Shown here: positions 47,155-55,209 of the stretch, piece by piece
How the letters are laid out: each line of letters begins with the position of its first letter
Position numbering within the stretch: the stretch's first letter is position 1
Source of the DNA: a virus
Taxonomy: Duplodnaviria; Caudoviricetes
Virus record (IMG/VR): IMGVR_UViG_3300046788_000030
Coordinates: 1-61,095 of that record
Strand: one strand, 5' to 3'
Length of the DNA: 61,095 bases
Program-made: the position numbers and the translations under genes
The notes under the pieces: model-generated
Seen by the model: only the letters and a program-made list of their open reading frames with translations
Told to the model about the DNA's origin: nothing
The model's database searches: none

Positions 47155-47427
47155 TCAACCTCCCTGTTTCTTCATGACACCACGATTGGTCTGGGCGTTG
47201 TACTTGAAGGCGGCGGGTGGCTTGCCGGTTTCCTTCGCCGCCCTGTCCTTGGCACGGGCACCGGGGGACATCATGCCGCGCTTGACGCCCTTGGCCGTGG
47301 GTTCGACGGTGCCTTTCTTCAGGTTGCCAGCCTTCTGCAGGGAACTGATGGCGATGGCATGGGCGGCGTTGCTGTCCTTGCCCTTGGCTTTCAACTGGCC
47401 GACTAGTCTATCGAGGATCGCTGGCAT
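47155..47427 (-). CDS. Small basic conserved phage protein
   Basis: RBS AGGAG. MPAILDRLV.QL.AKG...A.AIA...LQKAG.LKKG pattern. Confidence 0.75.
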   Translation of the reverse strand: MPAILDRLVGQLKAKGKDSNAAHAIAISSLQKAGNLKKGTVEPTAKGVKRGMMSPGARAKDRAAKETGKPPAAFKYNAQTNRGVMKKQGG

Positions 47428-47656
47428 GATGAATCTCCTGTGATGGGTACCACTTGTGCAGATACCGTTGCAGCTTGCTGGCTTCGTATGGACTCTTGCT
47501 GTTGGGCACGGCATGCCATGCTTCCAGTTCGACGGGTACGTAGCCGCGCTCGCGGCATTGGGGCTTGGTCAACTCCTGCTTCTCGTCGGTGACCATGTGC
47601 CGCAACTGCAGCTTCTTGGTCTCCTCATCGAAGCCTAACACTTCGAACACCGCCAT
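47408..47656 (-). CDS. Hypothetical protein, paralogue A
   Basis: FEVLGFDEETK...LTK......GY, similar to the adjacent ORF. Confidence 0.65.
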   Translation of the reverse strand: MAVFEVLGFDEETKKLQLRHMVTDEKQELTKPQCRERGYVPVELEAWHAVPNSKSPYEASKLQRYLHKWYPSQEIHHASDPR

Positions 47657-47666
47657 GCTGGCGTGT

Positions 47667-47876
47667 TTAAGATTCAGCAGCAGCACGCTTCACCATCTTG
47701 TAACCCTTCTTGGTAATCTCATCCTTGGTGAAGGGTGACATCGGGAAGTGACCGAACGCCCCCTTCAGGGTGGCGGTCTGTGTCTTCTCGTCATAGGACA
47801 GGATCTCGTATTCCTTCTTGGGATCTTTGAGGCTTTGCAGATAAGCTCTAACCTCTGGTTGATTTGCGTTGCTCAT
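47667..47876 (-). CDS. Hypothetical protein, paralogue B
   Basis: YEILSYDEKTQ...FTK......GY. RBS AAGGA before ATG 47876. Confidence 0.7.
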   Translation of the reverse strand: MSNANQPEVRAYLQSLKDPKKEYEILSYDEKTQTATLKGAFGHFPMSPFTKDEITKKGYKMVKRAAAES

Positions 47877-48024
47877 TGGCATCCTTGATAGTTTGGTCGA
47901 AGTCGCGTAAGGCTTTCTTGTCCAGCTTACATTTGCCTGCCAGTACGTTCTGTATGTATGCACCTCGCAACAGGCGCAATGCATGCACTAGTCTGGTAGT
48001 TATCTTTTTGCCTTGTACCATCAT
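47848..48024 (-). CDS. Small hypothetical protein (58 aa, not in ORF track)
   Basis: MMVQGKKITTRLVHALRLLRGAYIQNVLAGKCKLDKKALRDFDQTIKDANEQRKSTRG. ATG overlaps the polA stop (ATGA) and fills the gap. Confidence 0.55.
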   Translation of the reverse strand: MMVQGKKITTRLVHALRLLRGAYIQNVLAGKCKLDKKALRDFDQTIKDANEQRKSTRG

Positions 48025-49871
48025 GCTTTGGCATCTCCGTACACTTTGCCGTAGCCACCGCTGGCAGCCAGCGGCAAGTCAGGTGCCCATTTTGGGGGGA
48101 TGGACATGACCCCTGTCGCGTAATCCAGCCACGCCTTGCCGTCGCCTTCTTGGCAGAGGAACACGCCCTCGTCATGGACCGACATGCGGCACGGCAGGTG
48201 CTGATGGATCTCAAGAGTCTGCTCCAGCACGATGGTTCGCGCAAGCAGTTCGCAGACGTGCTGTACCACCTTTCCTCCGTACAAGTTAGTGTATCCGTCG
48301 CGGGCTTTGTACAACCATTCCTTCCGGTTCTTGTCCCAATGAAGTTCTGGATACCGGATGCGCAGCCCGGTCGGCCCCACCAGTGCGTTGTGTTCGATGC
48401 GGATGAGGTCACGGGGGTCGAGGAACGTATCGATGTCTTCCGGCCCCGCTGCGATGGCTGCAATCGCGTCCTGTGCCCGATGCCACATCACCTGCACCAT
48501 CGCATGCCGACTCCGGAACACTTCGACCATGCGGCTTGACTGGGCATCGGTGACGATGATCGGGTGGCCCGCTTTCCTTGATTCAATTCTGATGGTTTCG
48601 TTGAGCCTCGGTCCTCCTGACTGGTAACCACAACTGAGCTTGATGTACTTGCCGACCTGTCGCTCCTGTGGATGGGTCTCCTTGGTGATGGGCATGCCGT
48701 ACAACGCGCTGGCCATCATGCAGTACGGGTCAGGCCCGGTGCCCGCATCGTAGGCGCGGTAGATGTCCAGCCAGTCATCCTGCATCGACAGCCAGTCGTT
48801 GATGCGGGCCTCGATCAGCGAGGAGTCGACTACTACTACCTCGCTTCCCTCGGGGGCATAGATCGCATCGCGCAGCTTGCCGCCGCGTTGCATGTTCTGC
48901 CAGTTCATCGAGTCGCCCCCAGACAACCGGTGGGTCTGCTCCGCGCCGCTGTACTTGAGGTAGATGGGTGTCGGTCCACGCGGGGCCATGTCGGCCATGC
49001 GCAGCGCCCGCTTCTCGTTTATGGTGGTCTTGTTGCCCAGCCGCGCAGCCACCAGCGCCTGCACTTGCGGCAGGTCATGCTCCTCCAGATCGGTGAACGC
49101 CTTGTCGGTCTTGGCGAAGGCCCATGCAGGCTTGCCGGTGGTGGGACTGAGTTTGCGTGGCGGCTCGATGCCTGCGTTCTGTAGCGCAGTGGCGAACTTC
49201 TCGTTGCTCATCACTTCATCCTTGGTGATGCCCGCTGTCAGCAGCAATGTCGCTTTCTCCGCTTGAATATCTAATGCGTAATCTAATAGTTGTTGTTCGT
49301 TCAGAAGTAATGCAGGTTCGGTGAACATGCGCACGATCATGTCGATGATGCGCAACTCCAGCTTGTCGAACTGTGGCAACATCTTCTGGAAGATGTCGTA
49401 GGTACCCTGCACGTCGTTCATGCAATAGTTGGCGTACTGCATGATCTCCACTGCGTTGAAGTCGGCCAGCTTCTTGTTCTTGGCCAGCAGCACCTCAAAG
49501 CCCTTGTCTCCCACGCCATAGTGCTTCATCAGCTTGGACAGGCTGCCACCCACCTCGGCACCGTGCAGAGCACGGGCCATGGACAAGGTGTCGAACCATA
49601 CCTTGGGCCGGTGGTTGAAGTGATGGGACAGGATCAGGCCATCGAAGTGGGCATGGTGAGCTACCAGTGCACTGTTCTCGATGTCCAGTGAATTGAACAG
49701 GTGAGTGATGGCCCCCTTGCCGATAGCATGCATAGGTGGATCGTTGTTCACCTTGACCCCAACGATCAGTGGTTCGAAGCGGGGGTCTCGGATGTATGAC
49801 TCCGTGGTCATCTTCGACAGTGTGTAGTCATCAGCATAGTGCGTTTCAAAATCGAATGTTATTAGGTTCAT
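48021..49871 (-). CDS. polA: DNA polymerase, family A, with 3'-5' exonuclease
   Basis: ExoI DFET, ExoII H.HFD, ExoIII Y..ND. Motif A DSSLIEAR, motif B RQVGKYIKLSCGY, motif C VHDE. Confidence 0.95.
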   Translation of the reverse strand: MNLITFDFETHYADDYTLSKMTTESYIRDPRFEPLIVGVKVNNDPPMHAIGKGAITHLFNSLDIENSALVAHHAHFDGLILSHHFNHRPKVWFDTLSMARALHGAEVGGSLSKLMKHYGVGDKGFEVLLAKNKKLADFNAVEIMQYANYCMNDVQGTYDIFQKMLPQFDKLELRIIDMIVRMFTEPALLLNEQQLLDYALDIQAEKATLLLTAGITKDEVMSNEKFATALQNAGIEPPRKLSPTTGKPAWAFAKTDKAFTDLEEHDLPQVQALVAARLGNKTTINEKRALRMADMAPRGPTPIYLKYSGAEQTHRLSGGDSMNWQNMQRGGKLRDAIYAPEGSEVVVVDSSLIEARINDWLSMQDDWLDIYRAYDAGTGPDPYCMMASALYGMPITKETHPQERQVGKYIKLSCGYQSGGPRLNETIRIESRKAGHPIIVTDAQSSRMVEVFRSRHAMVQVMWHRAQDAIAAIAAGPEDIDTFLDPRDLIRIEHNALVGPTGLRIRYPELHWDKNRKEWLYKARDGYTNLYGGKVVQHVCELLARTIVLEQTLEIHQHLPCRMSVHDEGVFLCQEGDGKAWLDYATGVMSIPPKWAPDLPLAASGGYGKVYGDAKA

Positions 49872-49879
49872 GTCTTTCC

Positions 49880-49904
49880 AAAAAGTAGGGGGCCGCAGCC
49901 CCCT
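49880..49904 (-). terminator. Rho-independent terminator
   Basis: Minus strand AGGGGGC-TGCG-GCCCCCT-ACTTTTT. Confidence 0.8.
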
Positions 49905-49910
49905 TTGGTT

Positions 49911-50132
49911 TCAATATTCCAGTCGCTCGCCATCGGCCAGCATGATCACCGGGATGTTGCGACGCTTGGCATCGGTCACCTGCTCGATGTAACGCACCGC
50001 AGTGTTCCTGCGAGCGTACCCGGTCTTGGTGGCGACCAGCACCCGGCCGTTACCGGCGATGGCCTGCCAGTTCCAGCCGCCGTTGGTGTCGTGCCAGAGA
50101 TCGATGCGCTTCATGTCATGACGAGTGCCCAT
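49911..50132 (-). CDS. DUF1508/YegP-like protein
   Basis: D..G.W.W...A.NG.V......GY..R..A...I..V pattern. RBS GAGGAGG. Confidence 0.7.
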   Translation of the reverse strand: MGTRHDMKRIDLWHDTNGGWNWQAIAGNGRVLVATKTGYARRNTAVRYIEQVTDAKRRNIPVIMLADGERLEY

Positions 50133-50487
50133 AGTCATCCTCCTCGATCTCCCGGTTGATGCGGTCGACCAGTCCAAGGTATCCGGCACCGTCAATTAAA
50201 GAATCTCTATGGGTCGGGTCGTTGAGCAGGCGGGCCATCTTCAGCAGCACCATCATGTGCGCTACGTCCTCGGGCATCAGCGCCACCACCACGTTGTGCC
50301 GCCGCTTCAACCAGATGTTCCAGAACTCGGCGATGGTCTCCAAGTTGAAGGCGGGGGAGCCGTAGGTCTTCTCCCGGTCCCCCCAGATGATGGCCTGTGC
50401 CGCTACCAGCACCGGGGGTGGTACGGAATAACCTATGGCGTGATGCTGCATGAGTGCCTTCAGACCGTCCGGATCGTGGTCGTTCAC
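50116..50487 (-). CDS. DUF6378-like phage protein
   Basis: A..II.GDR...YG.P..N...IA..W, DVA.MM.LLK.AR, H.DS.ID.AGY. Confidence 0.8.
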   Translation of the reverse strand: MNDHDPDGLKALMQHHAIGYSVPPPVLVAAQAIIWGDREKTYGSPAFNLETIAEFWNIWLKRRHNVVVALMPEDVAHMMVLLKMARLLNDPTHRDSLIDGAGYLGLVDRINREIEEDDYGHSS

Positions 50488-50819
50488 CGCTTGGCCTTGG
50501 CTTTCTTCTTGGCCGGGGCGGCACGCTTCTTGGTCGCCTTCTTGGGCGCGTCACCGCTGCCGTTGGTGACCGACACGGTGATGGGGTTGGTGCACTCCGT
50601 GGTCTTCCACATGGCGATGCCGTCACCCTCCTTGCGCAGCACGATGCGGCAGCCCAGACGGCTGGCAACGCGGTAGAACCGTTGCGCCTTCTTGGAGATC
50701 GGCTCATCGAAGTACACGCTGTCGCCGACCTTCATCTTGGCCAGCAACTGCATGTTGCTGCCAGCGCGGGCCTTGGCTTCGGGGATGGGTACGCCGTTAC
50801 GAATTTGCATCTGATTCAT
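50484..50819 (-). CDS. Small DNA-binding-like protein with basic tail
   Basis: I..GVPIP....M.VGDS motif and Lys-rich C-terminus. Confidence 0.7.
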   Translation of the reverse strand: MNQMQIRNGVPIPEAKARAGSNMQLLAKMKVGDSVYFDEPISKKAQRFYRVASRLGCRIVLRKEGDGIAMWKTTECTNPITVSVTNGSGDAPKKATKKRAAPAKKKAKAKR

Positions 50820-50821
50820 TT

Positions 50822-51097
50822 TTACTTAGCTCCATTTAATTGCACAGTGGCGAGAGATTCGCCGTTGTGTACTACCACTACACTACTCCTTATACCACTC
50901 TTTTTCAGAAAGTCAACCAGATCTCCCAGTGACACGTCAAGACCAGTGACCGCAACTTCACCACTCAACGCCATAACCACCCGCTCCTTGCCGTCGGTAA
51001 CGTCGATGTCCTGTGCGATGGCCAGCTTGGTCAGCCTAGTTTCTACCCTGCGCAGGCGACTGGACATCTCCTGCAGTATTTCCCGGTCAGATATCAT
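50822..51097 (-). CDS. Hypothetical protein
   Basis: RL.R.ETRLTK motif. Fills the gap in the operon. Confidence 0.65.
   Translation of the reverse strand: MISDREILQEMSSRLRRVETRLTKLAIAQDIDVTDGKERVVMALSGEVAVTGLDVSLGDLVDFLKKSGIRSSVVVVHNGESLATVQLNGAK
50889..50916 (-). promoter_or_regulatory. Putative internal sigma70 promoter
   Basis: Minus strand TTGACT-16 nt-TATAAG with extended -10 TG, in a local AT-rich patch. Confidence 0.45.
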
Positions 51098-51923
51098 GGA
51101 TGTTCACCTTGCCGTAGTCCTTGACGATGGTGGTGTGCCATTCGTCACCACCCAGCAGACCTTGATAGCAGATCTGGTCACAGGCTACCCGCACGGCATT
51201 CTCCTGCGACTTGGCTGCCTTGCCCCGGTACAGCCCAGCCAGATACCGTTCATCGAAGTGATCAGACAGCATGCTCTGGGCCATGCCCCACTCGTTCCTG
51301 TCCGGCACCCGTGCCCACCATCCAGTGCGTTTCTTGTGGCCCCATGCCCCGGTTATGAAGGTACCGTACATGGCCCATGTGTCGGGGCTGCAGAACTCGC
51401 CCAGCATCATCCGGGTCAGCACCTGCTTGCGGAAGTCACGGGCGATGCGGGTTCGCTCTGCCTTCTTCACCGGGTCCAGTATGATCTGCTTGTCGATCAC
51501 CGGGTCGGTGAGGAAGCCACGCCGGTCGATGTTCAGCACGCCATCGGGGATGGGGAAGCTGCCGTCCCGCGTGCCGAAGCGCCGCTTTTCATGGTACTTG
51601 TGCTGGTTGTCCTGCCAGCAACGCACCGGCCCCCACTGGCTGATCTCGTTGTAGGTAATGGCACTGGGATGGGTGATGACACATATTGCACCATCTTCGA
51701 AGTATTGCAGGATGTCCGTATCGTACATCCGATAGCAACGTGCCGTTGCCCACTCATGTGTCGCCGGATGTGGCTTCCTTGCCTCACGCAGCCAATAATT
51801 TTTGCTGTGTCTGGCGATGTAGAACTGGTCCTTATTACCAAGCAAGGTGCCAATCTTGTCCCATGACAACTTGCCACCGTACATTTCGCTCTTGTGATTC
51901 ACACTCGATACACCCCAACTCAT
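51087..51923 (-). CDS. Hypothetical protein
   Basis: 278 aa. RBS TAGGAG. Y.TDIL motif. Confidence 0.75.
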   Translation of the reverse strand: MSWGVSSVNHKSEMYGGKLSWDKIGTLLGNKDQFYIARHSKNYWLREARKPHPATHEWATARCYRMYDTDILQYFEDGAICVITHPSAITYNEISQWGPVRCWQDNQHKYHEKRRFGTRDGSFPIPDGVLNIDRRGFLTDPVIDKQIILDPVKKAERTRIARDFRKQVLTRMMLGEFCSPDTWAMYGTFITGAWGHKKRTGWWARVPDRNEWGMAQSMLSDHFDERYLAGLYRGKAAKSQENAVRVACDQICYQGLLGGDEWHTTIVKDYGKVNIHDI

Positions 51924-51933
51924 TCTGCTGCTC

Positions 51934-53298
51934 CTAGTTAATTGAGATCACTGTGCCGTACGGCGCACGCTCGATGCTCGATGTCGACAGCCATACCGTC
52001 GGCACGTCGACCTCCGGACCAAACGGCCCGCACATGTCGGTTAGCACCGTCACCACATCCGGCGGGTCTTCCATGTTGGCAACGTAGTCGCTGAACCAGC
52101 GGAAGTCCGTCCCGCCACCCCCCACCGGCTTCATCTGCGCCGGGTCACCTTGGTACTCGCAGCGTTCGAACTGCTCCTCCAGCATGACCTGAGTATCGAA
52201 GTACACCACCTTCACCCATTTGGGTTGCACCTGCTCCAGCGTATCGGCGAAGTGCCTAGAGTAAAGACCGAAGTCATGAGGACCGATGGAGCCACTGCAG
52301 TCGACCAAGAACAGGATGCCACCCATGTCAGGCTGGTAGATGTCGGGGATCAGTGCGCCAGTGACGGCGAACATGCGCTTGTTGAAGCGATGCCACGAGT
52401 AGTCGGCGGCGTGGATGCCTTGCAGGAACTCGGCATACACATCCCACCAGTTGACCTTGACGTGGTTGGCATGCTCGATCACCCGCTTCATCCACCCCGG
52501 CAGCTTGCCCGCCATCTTGGCCAGCGCCTCGCCCTCGCTCAGTTCCTTCCGGATTTGTTGTTCAAGCTCGGCGGCTGTAGGTAGTGTTGCCACTGCACCG
52601 TCTTTGGTTTGCTCGGCGGTGGTGTCTTCGTAGCGTCGTAGGTCACGCATCGGACCCAATCGCTTAGCAGCGGCACGGCCAGCAGGTGTTTGGCCATCCA
52701 CGCCTTCTGCTGTGCCGTTATCCGGCCGTACTCCAGCTTCGTCTTCGGCATCGGTGGGTTGATCAGGGCTTCCGCTCTGGCCACTGCCTTGTCCAGCCTG
52801 ACCTCCGCTCTGGCCCTGCGCTTGGCCTTGCTGACCTTGCGGCTCTTGCTTCTGCTCATTCTCCAACTCCTTCATCAGTGCGTCGTACACTTCTTCGGTG
52901 GTCATGCCGATATACTTCACGTCGTACAGCCATGACCACGGCTTGCCGTCGATCACCAGATCGTTCAGTGGTTCGAACTTCGACTCCACCAGCATCAGGT
53001 TGATCACGTAGTCCCCGGCTGCGTTCCACACCGTCAAGTCACGGGTACCGACACGGGTGCCGTGCAGCAACGCCCGGTGGCCGATCTCGTGGGCCACCAC
53101 CGTCACCTTCTGCTCCTTGGTAAGCTGGTTCCAGAACTTGACATTGACCCACAAGTGCACCATGTCGGTACATAATGTGGGTTGGTCATTGTCGATCAGC
53201 AATATCATGTTGTAGTACATCGGCATGAAGTATTGCGCCCTGAACATCAACCGCACTGCAGTCTCCGCAGTGTCGGTGAACAGTTCGTACTTTTGCAT
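51934..53298 (-). CDS. DUF2201-type metallopeptidase + VWA domain protein
   Basis: AHEIGH..L.H, WN.A.DY.IN, MIDAS DCSGS, GGGGTDF, LTD motifs. Confidence 0.88.
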   Translation of the reverse strand: MQKYELFTDTAETAVRLMFRAQYFMPMYYNMILLIDNDQPTLCTDMVHLWVNVKFWNQLTKEQKVTVVAHEIGHRALLHGTRVGTRDLTVWNAAGDYVINLMLVESKFEPLNDLVIDGKPWSWLYDVKYIGMTTEEVYDALMKELENEQKQEPQGQQGQAQGQSGGQAGQGSGQSGSPDQPTDAEDEAGVRPDNGTAEGVDGQTPAGRAAAKRLGPMRDLRRYEDTTAEQTKDGAVATLPTAAELEQQIRKELSEGEALAKMAGKLPGWMKRVIEHANHVKVNWWDVYAEFLQGIHAADYSWHRFNKRMFAVTGALIPDIYQPDMGGILFLVDCSGSIGPHDFGLYSRHFADTLEQVQPKWVKVVYFDTQVMLEEQFERCEYQGDPAQMKPVGGGGTDFRWFSDYVANMEDPPDVVTVLTDMCGPFGPEVDVPTVWLSTSSIERAPYGTVISIN

Positions 53299-53319
53299 CT
53301 TGGTTCTCCTAGTTAGTGG

Positions 53320-54249
53320 TTAAGCGTTGGGCATGAACATGGCAATGCGGTTGGCCAACTCTTGTGCCTTCTTCCCGGTCACCACCTGCAACCCCGCGCT
53401 GTCCTTCAAGTCCTTGGTGGTCACCCCGTTGGCGAACGCCTCGATCTCGTCGGCCAGTGCGTTGATGCCGGGGTCATTGGTCAGGTTGCAGGTACGCGCC
53501 GACTCGGCCATCTTGAGGACGTTCTCCAGCAGCGAGTCGTACATTTTCTTGATGGTGCCGTCGTGGTAGCCCTTCAACGTGGTGGCCATGTGCACCAGCG
53601 GCTGCTTCATCGCCAGCAGCACGTCCTTGGTGGTCTGCTGCATGGCCTTGGCCATCTCAGCCCGCATGTTGCGCTCCATGTCGGCACGGATATGCGCCGG
53701 GATCTTGGTGCGCAGCCGAATATCATTCGGATTGTTCAACGGTACCGTCGGCAGCCGCATCCCGAATTTGTGGCGGAACTCCTCCACGCTGGGGTACTCC
53801 TGCGGGTTGAACAACTGCCCCAACCCCTCGGCATCGAACTCGGCCTTGGCCACCTGTTGCGGATAGACCGCCACCGCCGCTTCGACCAACGGCTCCAGCT
53901 TCTCCAGATGATCGCGGAACTCGCGCAGCCGCTGCTCGTGGAACTCCGACTTGCCCACCCGCACGCCACGCTGGTCACCCCACGCCACCGTCACCAGATA
54001 GAACCAGTTGTTGCGGACGTTGCCGATGTAGCTGTTGATCGCCTTCAACTCCTTGAAGTCCGGCAGCAGCAGCTTGTTGAAGTTGCCAGCGTCGGTGGTG
54101 TCGGCGATGCCGTTGGCCTGCTTCACCTGCTGGGTGGCCTTGTCGTCACGCTTGTACGCTGTCCAGTTGCTGGTATTCAGCGAATACATCAGCAAGTCGT
54201 TTTCCATCTCGATGTCGTCGTTGGTCGTCTTCATTTGAATCACAGTCAT
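53320..54249 (-). CDS. Conserved phage protein (DUF3150-like) accompanying AAA/VWA genes
   Basis: W...K.D..AT, LG.LFN..EYP......KF, SL.EN and N.TNDP motifs. Confidence 0.7.
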   Translation of the reverse strand: MTVIQMKTTNDDIEMENDLLMYSLNTSNWTAYKRDDKATQQVKQANGIADTTDAGNFNKLLLPDFKELKAINSYIGNVRNNWFYLVTVAWGDQRGVRVGKSEFHEQRLREFRDHLEKLEPLVEAAVAVYPQQVAKAEFDAEGLGQLFNPQEYPSVEEFRHKFGMRLPTVPLNNPNDIRLRTKIPAHIRADMERNMRAEMAKAMQQTTKDVLLAMKQPLVHMATTLKGYHDGTIKKMYDSLLENVLKMAESARTCNLTNDPGINALADEIEAFANGVTTKDLKDSAGLQVVTGKKAQELANRIAMFMPNA

Positions 54250-54261
54250 TTGCTTCTCCTA

Positions 54262-54828
54262 TTAAGGTGCGTCAATCGATACTGCTTGGAACTCTTCCAG
54301 CTTGCCGTTCCAGTATTCCTGCACGGCTTCGTCCCGTGCTTCCTGCTTCCGGCCTTCGAAGTCCTCGTCGGTCTCCCCCGGCTCGCGTTCCAGTTCCTCC
54401 CAGCCATGCTCCACCAGATCGTTCTCGTCCGGCTCGCCCAACTCGATGTTCTGGAATTCATCGATGGCAGAGTCAAGGGCGTCGTACCGCTCCTGCAGCA
54501 TGTTGCCGGTATCGCTGTCCTGCAGCGCGTCGGGCATGTTGTTCCTGCTCTCCTCGCACTGGTCGCGCAGTTCTTCGAGCGCGGACACCACCTCGTCGCG
54601 CAAGCTGCCCAGTTCTTCGCTGGCCTCGGCATCGCCGATCATGTCATCCTCGATGTCGTACAAGGTGGCGTAGAAGCTGGACCCGGTAAGCTGCGACCGC
54701 TTGGGCCGGGTCTTGCTGAACCGCTTGGCACCGCGATGGAGCTTCCACCAGTAATACGACTCGCCCTTCTTGATGTTGTGTTCCGGATAGTCTTTCTGTG
54801 CTGCCTTTACAAAGTTTGCTTTAGCCAT
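54262..54828 (-). CDS. Conserved phage protein with basic N-terminus and highly acidic C-terminus
   Basis: I.KGESYYWW......K..SK..P..SQLT, NMP.ALQ....G..L.ER. Confidence 0.8.
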   Translation of the reverse strand: MAKANFVKAAQKDYPEHNIKKGESYYWWKLHRGAKRFSKTRPKRSQLTGSSFYATLYDIEDDMIGDAEASEELGSLRDEVVSALEELRDQCEESRNNMPDALQDSDTGNMLQERYDALDSAIDEFQNIELGEPDENDLVEHGWEELEREPGETDEDFEGRKQEARDEAVQEYWNGKLEEFQAVSIDAP

Positions 54829-54831
54829 TCT

Positions 54832-55209
54832 TTATTGCTCCTCGTTGGTGGTGGTGCTGGTTACTACTACCTCGTCCGTCTGTTCCTTGAATACGTCGGG
54901 GCCGTGTTGCGCGTGCATCTGCTTGGTGTAGGCGATGGTTCGTTGCAGTACAACGTTGTATTCCTTCTGCACTGCTTCCAAGCGCAGCAGCATGTAGTTG
55001 ATCTGCTGCCTCGGGGTCATGCGGCTGAACAGCAGCACCCGCTCCAAGTCGTCGGCTCTGATGCAGTCGACCGTCGGCTCCTTGCTATAAGTACGCTTGA
55101 CCGGCAGGCAGCCCAGCATCTCCCACGCCTGCCTTTCGGCAGGCGTCAGCAGGGTGAGGGGGAAGGTGTAGGGGTGGATGCTGTTGACGATGCTCTCCAG
55201 CTTGGTCAT
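54832..55209 (-). CDS. Hypothetical protein
   Basis: ATG 55209 overlaps the AAA stop (ATGA). RBS GGAG. Confidence 0.65.
   Translation of the reverse strand: MTKLESIVNSIHPYTFPLTLLTPAERQAWEMLGCLPVKRTYSKEPTVDCIRADDLERVLLFSRMTPRQQINYMLLRLEAVQKEYNVVLQRTIAYTKQMHAQHGPDVFKEQTDEVVVTSTTTNEEQ

Noticed and set aside
48831-48843. GAGGTAGTAG matches the 5' end of let-7 miRNA
   Set aside because: Coincidental 10-nt match in a bacteriophage coding region with no precursor hairpin.
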